In this document: positions 16,779 to 25,979 of the stretch, in pieces | Layout of the letters: every line of letters starts with the position of its first letter | How positions within the stretch are numbered: the first letter of the stretch is position 1 | Assembly (NCBI RefSeq): GCF_001465295.1 | Contig: NZ_CP011034.1 | Coordinates: forward strand, 1,050,001-1,082,000 | Reading direction: 5' to 3' | DNA: 32,000 nucleotides | Origin: Pseudoalteromonas translucida KMM 520 | GTDB lineage: Bacteria > Pseudomonadota > Gammaproteobacteria > Enterobacterales > Alteromonadaceae | Notes under the pieces: generated by a model | The model's database searches: none | Told to the model about the DNA's origin: nothing | What the model saw: only the letters and a program-made list of their open reading frames with translations | Position numbers and translations under genes: made by a program

Positions 16779-18332
16779 TTACAGGCTTGCTAGATTGTTC
16801 AAATAGTAAGTGGCTTGCTGTAATGTACTTTGCTGTAACGTACCCTCTTGTTTATCCCAATTTTTATACACCATGCCAATGCGTGGGTTTTTTTCTAATT
16901 TTGCTCTGTGCGTGTGCATAAAATGCCAGTAAAGGCTATTAAACGGGCAGGCGTCATCGCCCACTTTTTGTTTTAATTTATAGTGGCAGTTTTTGCAGTA
17001 GTCGCTCATTTTATTAATATAGTTACCGCTTGCTGCATAGGGTTTGGTGGCAATAATTCCGTCATCGGCAAATTGGCTCATACCCCGAGTATTGGGCATT
17101 TCTACCCATTCAATAGCATCTATATAAACGCCCAAATACCAAGCATCAACCTCATCTGGGTTTATAGCCGTTAATAAACAAAAATTACCAATAACCATAA
17201 GGCGCTGAATATGATGGGCGTATGCAGTCGTTAAGCTTTCACAGAGCGCATGGTGCATGCAGTTCATTTTAGTTTTAGCATGCCAAAAATACGGCGGTAA
17301 TGTATTTTTGGCTTTAAGCTGATTTTTAGTTGCGTAATCTGGCATGTTAATCCAGTAAATTGCGCGTACGTACTCTCTCCAGCCCAAAATTTGCCTAACA
17401 AACCCCTCTACTTGAGCAATAGATATCTCACTAGGACGTTGTTCGTATTGGGCTATTACGCGCTTTATTACATACAGAGGGTGTATTAACTTTGCATTTA
17501 AAGCAAACGATAAGCGGCTATGGTACAGGCTACTGTTATGTTTACTTTGCTCTGTCATTGCATCTTGAAACTGGCCAAAATAAGGCAGTAAATACAAACA
17601 AAAATAATCTAAGCAGCTAATAGCTTGCTTTCGGGTTGTGGGCCAAGGAAGTTGCTCTGCGGCTTTACCAAAGTAGCTAACATTATGTTTATTTAAACGC
17701 GCAATTATAGCGCTTACATCGTTATTAAATAATTTAGGCGGCGGGATTTGCGCTAAGTCGGCGGCTGAAAATTTATTTCTGTTATTACTATCAAAGTTCC
17801 ACTTTCCACCGTGTGGTTTGTTACTATCCATTAATATATTAAATTGTTTGCGCATTGCGCGATAAAAATGCTCCATCGTTATGTGTTTATCTTTTACAAA
17901 ACGGTGCTTTATTTCCTCAAAAGGCAGTAAAAAATGCTCGCTGTCAACACCGCTAACCGTTAATGGGCTAGTGTTTGCAAAGTTGGCTAACTGGGTTTTT
18001 AATCTATATTCGTCTGGGTATTGGTACTCAATAGTATTGCATTGATGTTGCGCTGCTATACGGGTAAGCAATGCGGGTAAATCTTCATCATTACAAGTTT
18101 CGTTTAATGTTAAATGCAGTACATTTAATCCGGCTTGGTTTAATGCTGTTGCAAAGTTTTCCATAGCGCAAAAAAATGCACAGATTTTTTGAATATTGTG
18201 CTTAACATAGCTGGTTTCTTGTTTTAGCTCTGCAATAACATATAAGGTATTGGTTTGTTTATTTTTATACCATGAGTGAGCAGGGTTGAGCTGATCGCCC
18301 AAAATGAGTCTAAGAGTATTAAAGTGTGTCAT
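16779..18332 (-). CDS. FeS-BCP-type cryptochrome/photolyase family protein (PhrB/CryB-like, probable (6-4) photolyase)
   Basis: 517-aa ORF with the photolyase-related C-terminal half. It has four Cys spaced C358-x87-C446-x2-C449-x12-C462, reproducing the [4Fe-4S] ligand spacing recalled for Agrobacterium PhrB (C350/C438/C441/C454). Confidence 0.8.
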   Translation of the reverse strand: MTHFNTLRLILGDQLNPAHSWYKNKQTNTLYVIAELKQETSYVKHNIQKICAFFCAMENFATALNQAGLNVLHLTLNETCNDEDLPALLTRIAAQHQCNTIEYQYPDEYRLKTQLANFANTSPLTVSGVDSEHFLLPFEEIKHRFVKDKHITMEHFYRAMRKQFNILMDSNKPHGGKWNFDSNNRNKFSAADLAQIPPPKLFNNDVSAIIARLNKHNVSYFGKAAEQLPWPTTRKQAISCLDYFCLYLLPYFGQFQDAMTEQSKHNSSLYHSRLSFALNAKLIHPLYVIKRVIAQYEQRPSEISIAQVEGFVRQILGWREYVRAIYWINMPDYATKNQLKAKNTLPPYFWHAKTKMNCMHHALCESLTTAYAHHIQRLMVIGNFCLLTAINPDEVDAWYLGVYIDAIEWVEMPNTRGMSQFADDGIIATKPYAASGNYINKMSDYCKNCHYKLKQKVGDDACPFNSLYWHFMHTHRAKLEKNPRIGMVYKNWDKQEGTLQQSTLQQATYYLNNLASL

Positions 18333-18520
18333 GCCTAAGCCAAATAAATTTAATACGCAAAATTATTACATCAAGATCGCTTACTTTATAAAAACATAGA
18401 TTTAAAAATTCCTAAATTAAGATAATAAGTGCAAAAATTAACAATATTAAATAATTGCGCGTTAAATTATAAATACGCTATTTGGCGTCACTTTTTTTAT
18501 AAACTTATTGCTTATTATGG

Positions 18521-18549
18521 TTGCTAATTACGGCGTACATACTTATAAT
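18521..18549 (+). promoter_or_regulatory. sigma70 promoter candidate for metY (distal)
   Basis: TTGCTA-17 nt-TATAAT, with an A/T-rich UP-like region upstream and a GC-rich discriminator (ACCCGCC) downstream, as in stable-RNA promoters. Confidence 0.6.
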
Positions 18550-18569
18550 ACCCGCCATTGTTTAGTATG

Positions 18570-18598
18570 TTGAAAGATATTACTAACAGCGATATTAA
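18570..18598 (+). promoter_or_regulatory. second, proximal sigma70 promoter candidate for metY
   Basis: TTGAAA-17 nt-TATTAA, about 25 nt upstream of the tRNA 5' end. Confidence 0.4.
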
Positions 18599-18622
18599 AT
18601 TATTAAGTTTAGTATCTATTGG

Positions 18623-18699
<77 letters not shown>

Positions 18700-18734
18700 A
18701 TCATAATAGTGGGTTTAATCTTACTAATTTATAT

Positions 18735-18760
18735 CGCGCATTCTAAGTAATGCGCGTTTT
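18735..18760 (+). terminator. terminator/attenuator hairpin just after metY
   Basis: CGCGCATT-ctaagt-AATGCGCG followed by TTTT. Confidence 0.7.
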
Positions 18761-18851
18761 GCGTTTAAGCTACTGTAGTTTAATTTAGTCAGACTTTTGA
18801 CTCGCAACCAAGCTTGGCCCTAGGCCACACAGTTTTGTGCTTATTGGTGTG

Positions 18852-18874
18852 ACGCCCCGCTTGGTTCGGGGCGT
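18852..18874 (+). promoter_or_regulatory. GC-rich leader hairpin (attenuator or processing-site candidate)
   Basis: ACGCCCCG-cttggtt-CGGGGCGT followed by TGTTGT. Confidence 0.45.
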
Positions 18875-18938
18875 TGTTGTATCTGCACTGTTTGATTTGT
18901 GACATAGTGATCAAATCAAAATTTAAACTCAATATTTT

Positions 18939-18959
18939 AGGGCTATAAGCCCTTTTTTT
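18939..18959 (+). terminator. terminator-like hairpin 20 nt before the rimP start
   Basis: AGGGCT-ata-AGCCCT followed by TTTTTT. Confidence 0.5.
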
Positions 18960-18978
18960 GTTTGTATGGAGGATTTTC

Positions 18979-19434
18979 GTGACAAAACTTGAACAAGATT
19001 TAGTAGCTATGTTAACGCCAGCGGTAGAAATGTTAGGTTTTGAATTACATGGTCTTGAGTTTGTACAAGCGGGTCGCCATTCTACCTTAAGAGTTTATAT
19101 TACTCATGAGGCTGGGATCTCAGTTGATAATTGTGCTGATGCGAGTCGCCAAATAAGTGCGATTTTAGACGTCGAAGACCCAATTACAAATGAATATGAT
19201 TTGGAAGTATCGTCTCCTGGTGTTGATCGTCTATTATTCAAACAAGATCACTACGAGCAGGCGCAAGGAGAGGAAGTACAATTACGTACTAAACTTCCAC
19301 AAGACGGTCGTCGTAATTTTAAAGGCGATTTAATAGCAGTTACTAGCGATATGATTACACTATCTAGTGATGGTACAGAGCATTTAATTATGCTTAGCAA
19401 CATTGAGCGTGCGAACATAATTGCAAAGTTTTAA
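18979..19434 (+). CDS. rimP: ribosome maturation factor RimP
   Basis: 151 aa from GTG 18979, with a GGAGGA RBS at 18968-18973. The N-terminus TKLEQDLVAMLTPAVEMLGFELHGLEF parallels E. coli RimP. The ORF-track TTG at 18958 lies inside the upstream hairpin's T-run. Confidence 0.9.
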   Translation: MTKLEQDLVAMLTPAVEMLGFELHGLEFVQAGRHSTLRVYITHEAGISVDNCADASRQISAILDVEDPITNEYDLEVSSPGVDRLLFKQDHYEQAQGEEVQLRTKLPQDGRRNFKGDLIAVTSDMITLSSDGTEHLIMLSNIERANIIAKF

Positions 19435-19472
19435 TTCGAGCGCAAAGGAATAGGGCAAGCGAGGCATAACCC

Positions 19473-20972
19473 ATGGCAAAAGAGATATTATTGGTTGCTG
19501 AAGCCGTCTCCAATGAGAAAGCGGTTCCAAAAGAAAAGATTTTTGAAGCTTTAGAGTTCGCTCTAGCAACAGCAACAAAGAAAAAGCACGGTGGTGACAT
19601 CGACGTACGTGTAGCAATTGACCGTAAAACAGGTGACTACGACACTTACCGTCGCTGGCAGATTGCTGCAGTATTAGAAGATGGGTCTTTAGAGAACCCA
19701 TACAGCGAAATTACCCTAGAAGCAGCGCAAGTTGAAGAACCTGACTTGCAAATGGGTGACTACGTTGAAGAGCAAATTGACTCAATTAAATTTGACCGTA
19801 TTACAACCCAAATGGCTAAGCAAGTTATCGTACAAAAAGTACGTGAAGCTGAGCGTGCTTTAGTTGTAGAAGAATACAAAAGTAAAGAAGGTGAGCTAGT
19901 AACGGGTGTGGTTAAAAAAGCCACTCGTGACGCGATCGTTCTTGATTTAGGTAATAATGCTGAAGCGGTAATTTACCGTGACGACATGCTACCGCGTGAA
20001 AACTTCCGCCCAGGCGATCGTATTCGTGGTCTTCTATACGAAGTTAAGCCAGAAGCACGTGGTGCACAATTATTTGTAACGCGTTCTAAACCAGAAATGC
20101 TAATGGAATTGTTCCGCATTGAGGTGCCAGAAATCGGCGAAGAAATGATTGAATTACGTGCTGCTGCACGTGATCCAGGTTCGCGCGCTAAAATTGCGGT
20201 TAAGTCTAACGACAAACGTATTGACCCTATTGGTGCCTGTGTAGGTATGCGTGGCGCACGTGTTCAAGCTGTATCGTCAGAACTTGGCGGTGAGCGTGTT
20301 GATATCGTACTTTACGATGATAACCCAGCACAATTTGTTATTAACGCAATGGCACCTGCAGAAGTAGCTTCAATCGTAATGGATGAAGATACGCACTCAA
20401 TGGATATCGCTGTAGAAGCCGATAACCTAGCACAAGCTATTGGTCGTAATGGTCAAAACGTACGTTTAGCTAGCCAATTAACTGGCTGGGAACTAAACGT
20501 AATGACTGTTGAAGACATGCGTAGCAAAAACGAAGCTGAGTCAGATAAGTTACTTAACTTATTTACTGAAAATTTAGAAATTGATGATGAATTTGCTTCA
20601 TTATTAATTAACGAAGGTTTCTCGTCACTTGAAGAAGTTGCGTATGTACCAGCATCTGAATTTTTAGAAATTGATGGCTTAGATGAAGAAACGGTTGATC
20701 TATTGCGCTCACGTGCAAAAGATGCATTAACCACTAAAGCACTTAAAACGGAAGAAAGCTTAGATGGCGCAGAGCCTGCTGAAGACTTACTTGCGCTTGA
20801 AGGCTTAGAACGTCATTTAGCATTTGTTATGGCAAGCAAGGGTGTAATTACACTTGAAGACTTAGCTGAGCAAGGTATTGATGAATTAGTGGATATTACA
20901 GAACTATCACCTGAAAAAGCAGGTGAACTGATTATGGCTGCACGTAACATTTGTTGGTTTGCAGACGAGTAA
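19473..20972 (+). CDS. nusA: transcription termination/antitermination factor NusA
   Basis: 499-aa ORF with unmistakable NusA sequence (S1, KH1/KH2, two C-terminal acidic repeats). GAGG RBS at 19461-19464. Confidence 0.98.
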   Translation: MAKEILLVAEAVSNEKAVPKEKIFEALEFALATATKKKHGGDIDVRVAIDRKTGDYDTYRRWQIAAVLEDGSLENPYSEITLEAAQVEEPDLQMGDYVEEQIDSIKFDRITTQMAKQVIVQKVREAERALVVEEYKSKEGELVTGVVKKATRDAIVLDLGNNAEAVIYRDDMLPRENFRPGDRIRGLLYEVKPEARGAQLFVTRSKPEMLMELFRIEVPEIGEEMIELRAAARDPGSRAKIAVKSNDKRIDPIGACVGMRGARVQAVSSELGGERVDIVLYDDNPAQFVINAMAPAEVASIVMDEDTHSMDIAVEADNLAQAIGRNGQNVRLASQLTGWELNVMTVEDMRSKNEAESDKLLNLFTENLEIDDEFASLLINEGFSSLEEVAYVPASEFLEIDGLDEETVDLLRSRAKDALTTKALKTEESLDGAEPAEDLLALEGLERHLAFVMASKGVITLEDLAEQGIDELVDITELSPEKAGELIMAARNICWFADE

Positions 20973-20997
20973 TTTATTAACGGAGGTATTAGAGACT

Positions 20998-23658
20998 ATG
21001 GCAGAAGTAAATGTTGAAAAACTAGCCGGTGATATAGGTACAACTGTTGATAAATTGCTACAGCAGTTTTCACAAGCCGGTATTACCAAGCAAGCAGGCG
21101 AAAGCGTAACCGAAGCTGAAAAAGCGACGTTACTTGATCACTTAAGCAAGCAGCATGGCGGCACAGGTTCAGATGGCCCAGCGCGTATGACATTGCAACG
21201 TAAGAGCAAAAGCACATTAAGTGTGACTGGCTCAACGGGCAAAGCAAAGTCTGTTCAAGTTGAAGTTCGCAAAACACGTACCTACGTGAAGAAAAGCGCA
21301 ATGGAGCAAGAGCAAGAAGAGCTACGCCTAGCCGCTGAAGAAAAACTGCGCCTTGAAGAGCAGCAAAAAGCTGCACAAGAAGCCGCAGAATTGAAAGCGA
21401 AACAAGAGGCTGAACGTAAAGCGAAAGAAGACGCTGATCGTAAAGCTAAAGAAGAAGCTAAACGCAAAGCTGATGCAGAGCGTAAAGCGAAACAAAAGCA
21501 GATGACCCCAGAGCAAAGTGCTAAGTCTGAGAAAGATCGCATCGAAGCTGAGCGTCTGCAAAAAGAAGCAGAAGAGGCCGCATTGAAGAAAGCTGAAGAA
21601 GAAGCGAAACGTCAAGCAGAAGAAGCAAGAAAGCTAGCTGAAGAGAACTCAGCACGCTGGAAGAAAGAAGAAGAAGAGCGTAAGAAGCGTGAAGAAACAT
21701 CTGATCACCACCTTACAACTTCGACTTACGCACGTGAAGCAGAAGATGTTGCTGATGCTCGTGATGAGCAAGGCACACGCCGTGCGAAGAAAAAGAAAAA
21801 AGCGCCAGCAAAAGATAAATTTGCAGCGTCTAAAGGCCGTAATAAAGGCAAGTTAAAAGCACCTACATCGCTACAGCATGGTTTTACAAAGCCAACTGTT
21901 GATGTTAAAAATGAAGTGCGTATTAGCGAAACAATTACAGTTGCTGAGCTTGCGTCACGCATGGCTGTTAAAGGCGCTGAAGTTGTAAAAACAATGATGA
22001 AAATGGGCGACATGGTTACTATTAACCAAGTAATTGACCAAGAAGCTGCACAACTTGTTGCAGAAGAAATGGGCCACAAAGTTATCATTGTTAAAGAAAA
22101 CGAATTAGAGCAAAAAGTACTAAACGATCGCCATGAAGATGGTAAGTCTGAGCCACGTGCACCAGTTGTAACTGTTATGGGTCATGTTGACCATGGTAAA
22201 ACATCTACACTTGATTACATTCGTTCAGCTAAAGTTGCCTCAGGCGAAGCCGGTGGTATTACACAGCACATTGGTGCATACCATGTTGATGTTAATGGCA
22301 ACATGATCACTTTCTTAGATACTCCGGGTCACGCCGCATTTACTTCAATGCGTGCTCGTGGTGCTCAAGCGACTGATATCGTAATCCTAGTGGTTGCAGC
22401 AGATGATGGTGTTATGCCACAAACTAAAGAAGCGGTACAGCATGCACGCGCTGCTGGCGTTCCTTTAATCATTGCTGTAAACAAAATGGATAAAGAAGGC
22501 GTAGACCCAGATCGCGTTAAGAACGAGCTAGCTCAGCTTGACGTTATTCCAGAAGAATGGGGCGGCGATACGCAGTACGTTCATATCTCTGCAAAAACAG
22601 GTTTAGGTATTGATGAGCTTTTAGAAGCGGTATTAAACCAATCTGAGCTTTTAGAGCTTACTGCTCCTACTGTTGGTATGGCTGCAGGTGTTGTTATTGA
22701 ATCACGCTTAGATAAAGGTCGTGGTCCAGTTGCATCTATACTTGTTCAATCAGGTACGCTTAACCAAGGTGACATTGTATTATGTGGTCTTGAGTATGGT
22801 CGTATTCGTGCAATGCGCGATGAAAACGGTAAAGACATTAAGTCTGCGGGTCCTTCTATTCCTGTAGAGATTTTAGGTCTTTCTGGTATTCCAGCTGCAG
22901 GCGACGAAGCGACTGTAGTTAAAGATGAGCGTAAAGCGCGTGAAGTTGCTTTATACCGTCAAGGTAAATTCCGTGATGTTAAACTAGCGCGTCAACAAAA
23001 AGCTAAGCTTGAAAACATGTTTAGTCATATGACTGAAGGCGACGTGTCTGAAGTTAACGTGGTACTTAAAGCTGACGTTCAAGGTTCAATCGAAGCAATT
23101 TCTGATTCACTAACTAAACTCTCTACTGATGAAGTGAAAGTGAAGATAGTAGGTTCAGGTGTTGGTGGAATTACCGAAACTGATGCAACACTTGCTGCAG
23201 CGTCTAACGCAATTGTGGTTGGCTTTAACGTTCGTGCTGATGCTTCTGCTCGTAAAGTAATTGAGTCTGAAAACTTAGACTTACGTTACTACAGCGTAAT
23301 CTACAGCTTGATTGACGAAGTTAAACAAGCAATGTCGGGTATGTTGGCACCAGAATTTAAGCAAGAGATTATTGGTCTTGCTCAGGTTCGTGACGTGTTT
23401 AAGTCTCCAAAAATTGGCGCAATTGCTGGTTGTATGGTTACTGAAGGTGTTATTAAACGTAGCGCTCCAATTCGTGTACTTCGTGATAACGTGGTTATCT
23501 ACGAAGGTGAACTTGAGTCACTTCGTCGCTTTAAAGACGATGTTGCTGATGTTCGTAACGGCATGGAATGTGGTATCGGCGTTAAGAACTACAATGACGT
23601 TCGTGTTGGCGACCAAATTGAAGTATTTGAAACAGTTGAAATACAACGTACTCTTTAA
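20998..23658 (+). CDS. infB: translation initiation factor IF-2
   Basis: 886 aa from ATG 20998, with a GGAGG RBS at 20982-20986. The N-terminus [29 protein letters not shown] parallels E. coli IF2. It has a Lys/Glu/Ala-rich low-complexity region followed by the GTPase G-domain ([17 protein letters not shown]). Confidence 0.96.
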   Translation: MAEVNVEKLAGDIGTTVDKLLQQFSQAGITKQAGESVTEAEKATLLDHLSKQHGGTGSDGPARMTLQRKSKSTLSVTGSTGKAKSVQVEVRKTRTYVKKSAMEQEQEELRLAAEEKLRLEEQQKAAQEAAELKAKQEAERKAKEDADRKAKEEAKRKADAERKAKQKQMTPEQSAKSEKDRIEAERLQKEAEEAALKKAEEEAKRQAEEARKLAEENSARWKKEEEERKKREETSDHHLTTSTYAREAEDVADARDEQGTRRAKKKKKAPAKDKFAASKGRNKGKLKAPTSLQHGFTKPTVDVKNEVRISETITVAELASRMAVKGAEVVKTMMKMGDMVTINQVIDQEAAQLVAEEMGHKVIIVKENELEQKVLNDRHEDGKSEPRAPVVTVMGHVDHGKTSTLDYIRSAKVASGEAGGITQHIGAYHVDVNGNMITFLDTPGHAAFTSMRARGAQATDIVILVVAADDGVMPQTKEAVQHARAAGVPLIIAVNKMDKEGVDPDRVKNELAQLDVIPEEWGGDTQYVHISAKTGLGIDELLEAVLNQSELLELTAPTVGMAAGVVIESRLDKGRGPVASILVQSGTLNQGDIVLCGLEYGRIRAMRDENGKDIKSAGPSIPVEILGLSGIPAAGDEATVVKDERKAREVALYRQGKFRDVKLARQQKAKLENMFSHMTEGDVSEVNVVLKADVQGSIEAISDSLTKLSTDEVKVKIVGSGVGGITETDATLAAASNAIVVGFNVRADASARKVIESENLDLRYYSVIYSLIDEVKQAMSGMLAPEFKQEIIGLAQVRDVFKSPKIGAIAGCMVTEGVIKRSAPIRVLRDNVVIYEGELESLRRFKDDVADVRNGMECGIGVKNYNDVRVGDQIEVFETVEIQRTL

Positions 23659-23680
23659 TTGTTAGCTAGCTAGACTAATA

Positions 23681-23701
23681 AATGGGGGCTTAGCCCCCAT
23701 T
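23681..23701 (+). promoter_or_regulatory. stem-loop between infB and rbfA (partial terminator or stabiliser)
   Basis: AATGGGGGC-tta-GCCCCCATT forms a 9-bp stem with only a weak T-tract (TGTGT). Confidence 0.5.
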
Positions 23702-23767
23702 TGTGTATCCATTATTTAATTAACTTATTATTATATTCCAATAGGTTATGATTTTAGGACAAATGCA

Positions 23768-24262
23768 ATGAGAGAATTTTCTCGTACTGATCGTGTTGCT
23801 CAGCAAATTCAAAAAGAAATTGCGGTAATTTTACAACGCGAAATAAAAGATCCACGCTTAGGTATGGTGACAGTGTCAGCGGTAGAAGTATCGCGCGATT
23901 TATCTTATGCGAAAATATTTATTACGGTATTTAATACGCAAGATGATAATGCAGCAAAGCAAAGTGCAAACGTACTTAACGAAGCGACTGGTTATATTCG
24001 CTCGTTACTAGGTAAGCGTATTCGTGCACGTATTATGCCTGAGTTAAAGTTTTTAGTTGATAACTCACTAATGGAAGGTATGCGTATATCTAACTTAGTT
24101 GATTCAATTATTCGCGAAGACAACGCTAAACATGTTGCAGATGAAACAGATGTTGAAGATAGCACTGATCATGAAGATGACGTAACTAACAGCGAAGATG
24201 AGACTAATCACGTAGATACAGATAGCGAAGAAGGCACTAATACAGATGGCAAAGCGCAGTAA
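23768..24262 (+). CDS. rbfA: 30S ribosome-binding factor RbfA with an acidic C-terminal extension
   Basis: 164-aa [46 protein letters not shown] matches RbfA. AGGA RBS at 23756-23759. Confidence 0.94.
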   Translation: MREFSRTDRVAQQIQKEIAVILQREIKDPRLGMVTVSAVEVSRDLSYAKIFITVFNTQDDNAAKQSANVLNEATGYIRSLLGKRIRARIMPELKFLVDNSLMEGMRISNLVDSIIREDNAKHVADETDVEDSTDHEDDVTNSEDETNHVDTDSEEGTNTDGKAQ

Positions 24263-25205
24263 AGGCCGTCCAGTTGACGGTATTTTGTTGTTAAACAAAC
24301 CAATTGGTATTTCATCAAATAAAGCACTACAGCAAACAAAAGGTGTGTACTTTGCACAAAAGGCGGGGCACACAGGTGCTCTAGATCCATTGGCAACCGG
24401 TATGCTGCCTATTTGTTTTGGTGAGGCAACCAAATTTACGCAGTTTTTACTCGATACAGACAAAACCTATGTTGTACGCGCTAAATTAGGCGAGAGAACG
24501 ACGACATCAGATTCTGATGGTGAAATTGTTAGTACCAAAGATGTAAATGTAACGCGTGAGCAGCTGATTAAAGAAATTGCCGCTTTTGTTGGTGAGTCAG
24601 ATCAGTATCCGTCAATGTACTCGGCGCTTAAGTATCAAGGTAGACCCTTATATAAGTATGCACGCGAGGGTATTGAAGTACCACGTAAATGCAGAAAAAT
24701 AAACGTGTTTAGCTTAACGTTTGACGAATTTGATGAAGTGAATAACGTAATACAAATGACGGCGCATGTATCTAAAGGCACCTACATTCGTACTATTGTT
24801 GACGACTTAGGTGAAAAGCTAGGCTGTGGCGCGCACGTTGTTATGCTACACCGTACTGCGGTTGGTCAATACCCTGCAGAAAAAATGGTGTCGCTAGATG
24901 AAATTGAAGCGTTATTAGCAAAAGCTAAAGACGAAGAAGTTGCACCTTCTACTTATTTAGACGCGCTGTTATTGCCACTCGATACCGCTTTAGTTGATTT
25001 ACCGGTTGTTGAAATAAGTAAAGATCAGGGCAGTATTTTTAGTCACGGCCAAGCAATAGACCTTGATATAGATTTGCCAGAAGGCGCAATTAAGGTTGTA
25101 GCTGACGGTATTTTTATTGGCACAGGCGAGCGTAATGCCAGCGGTCATTTAAAAGTTAAACGTGGCTTGGCCAGCCAACAAGATGATTATGTAAAACCCG
25201 AGTAA
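24246..25205 (+). CDS. truB: tRNA pseudouridine(55) synthase TruB
   Basis: 319-aa ORF with the [14 protein letters not shown] and [19 protein letters not shown] catalytic Asp motif. Its start overlaps the rbfA end by 17 nt. Confidence 0.96.
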   Translation: MAKRSKGRPVDGILLLNKPIGISSNKALQQTKGVYFAQKAGHTGALDPLATGMLPICFGEATKFTQFLLDTDKTYVVRAKLGERTTTSDSDGEIVSTKDVNVTREQLIKEIAAFVGESDQYPSMYSALKYQGRPLYKYAREGIEVPRKCRKINVFSLTFDEFDEVNNVIQMTAHVSKGTYIRTIVDDLGEKLGCGAHVVMLHRTAVGQYPAEKMVSLDEIEALLAKAKDEEVAPSTYLDALLLPLDTALVDLPVVEISKDQGSIFSHGQAIDLDIDLPEGAIKVVADGIFIGTGERNASGHLKVKRGLASQQDDYVKPE

Positions 25206-25258
25206 ATAGTTGCTTTAAATATTTTCAGCAGCTTATTTATATTGATGGGATAATTAAC

Positions 25259-25286
25259 TTGTAGTTATTTGTACAATTGGTAGAAT
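25259..25286 (+). promoter_or_regulatory. sigma70 promoter candidate for rpsO
   Basis: TTGTAG-16 nt-TAGAAT, preceded by TGG (extended -10-like) and followed by a GC-rich discriminator (ACGCCCGC). Confidence 0.5.
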
Positions 25287-25359
25287 ACGCCCGCTTAATC
25301 GTTTTGGCTGAATTAGTGATCGGCTAAAGCACCTTTTAAATTTAATTTTTGGAGTTATT

Positions 25360-25629
25360 ATGTCACTAAGCAATCAAGAAAAAATCGATATCATTGCTAA
25401 ATTCGCACGTGCTGAAGGCGACACTGGTTCACCTGAAGTACAAGTAGCATTACTTACTTTTGATATCAACAAGCTTCAAGGTCACTTTGCTGATCACAAG
25501 CATGACTTCCATTCACGTCGTGGTCTGCTTCGCAAAGTTAGCCAACGTCGTAAATTGCTTGATTACCTTAAAGGTAAAGACATCACGCGTTATACTGCGT
25601 TAATCAAAGAACTTGGCCTACGTCGCTAA
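25360..25629 (+). CDS. rpsO: 30S ribosomal protein S15
   Basis: 89-aa ORF with typical S15 sequence ([14 protein letters not shown] ... [10 protein letters not shown]). GGAG RBS at 25351-25354. Confidence 0.98.
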
Positions 25630-25642
25630 GCACTTGATTATC

Positions 25643-25671
25643 AAAAAAGGAGCTTTTTAGCTCCTTTTTTT
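25643..25671 (+). terminator. rho-independent terminator of rpsO
   Basis: AAAAAAGGAGCT-tttt-AGCTCCTTTTTTT. Confidence 0.9.
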
Positions 25672-25866
25672 GTGCCTGAAATTCAGCACAACGTTTTATA
25701 AACATCTTGAATTATAAAATAAAACCTCCATTTAATAGGTAAGCAAAGGTCGTCATTTTTAGTCCTCATAAGGCCTAGCTTTTATCTAATAGCTAGGCTC
25801 GCATTCTAACGGCGCTTTGGTATATACTATGCGCGTAGCTAAAAAGGTTTAGTTACGTTTATTTAC

Positions 25867-25940
25867 GTCATCGCCAATTGTAGTACTTAATTGATTTTAA
25901 AATAAATACAATTATGTACTGTAATTGGTACTTAGATGAC
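25867..25940 (+). promoter_or_regulatory. long pnp-leader hairpin (candidate RNase III / autoregulation site)
   Basis: 74-nt hairpin with stems of 6, 13 and 6 bp (25867-72/25935-40, 25874-86/25916-28 including two G-U pairs, 25888-93/25909-14) and a 15-nt A/U loop. It ends 40 nt before the pnp start. Confidence 0.65.
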
Positions 25941-25979
25941 AACTTAAAAACATTTTAAAACATTTAAGGAATATTTTAA

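Noticed and set aside
20959-20997. N-terminal extensions offered by the ORF track for infB (20959), rimP (18958), nlpI (28331) and the NAD-kinase-like gene (9242)
   Set aside because: In each case an internal start with a good Shine-Dalgarno (20998, 18979, 28361, 9284) gives an N-terminus matching known homologues. The extensions overlap upstream genes or terminator hairpins.
21083-22088. Cluster of antisense and alternate-frame ORFs (21083-21376, 21282-21542, 21328-21615, 21726-22088) inside infB
   Set aside because: They lie in the Lys/Glu/Ala-rich low-complexity region of IF2. The GAA/AAG/GCT-rich repeats keep other frames open by chance, and the translations are Ser/Phe/Leu/Cys-rich nonsense.
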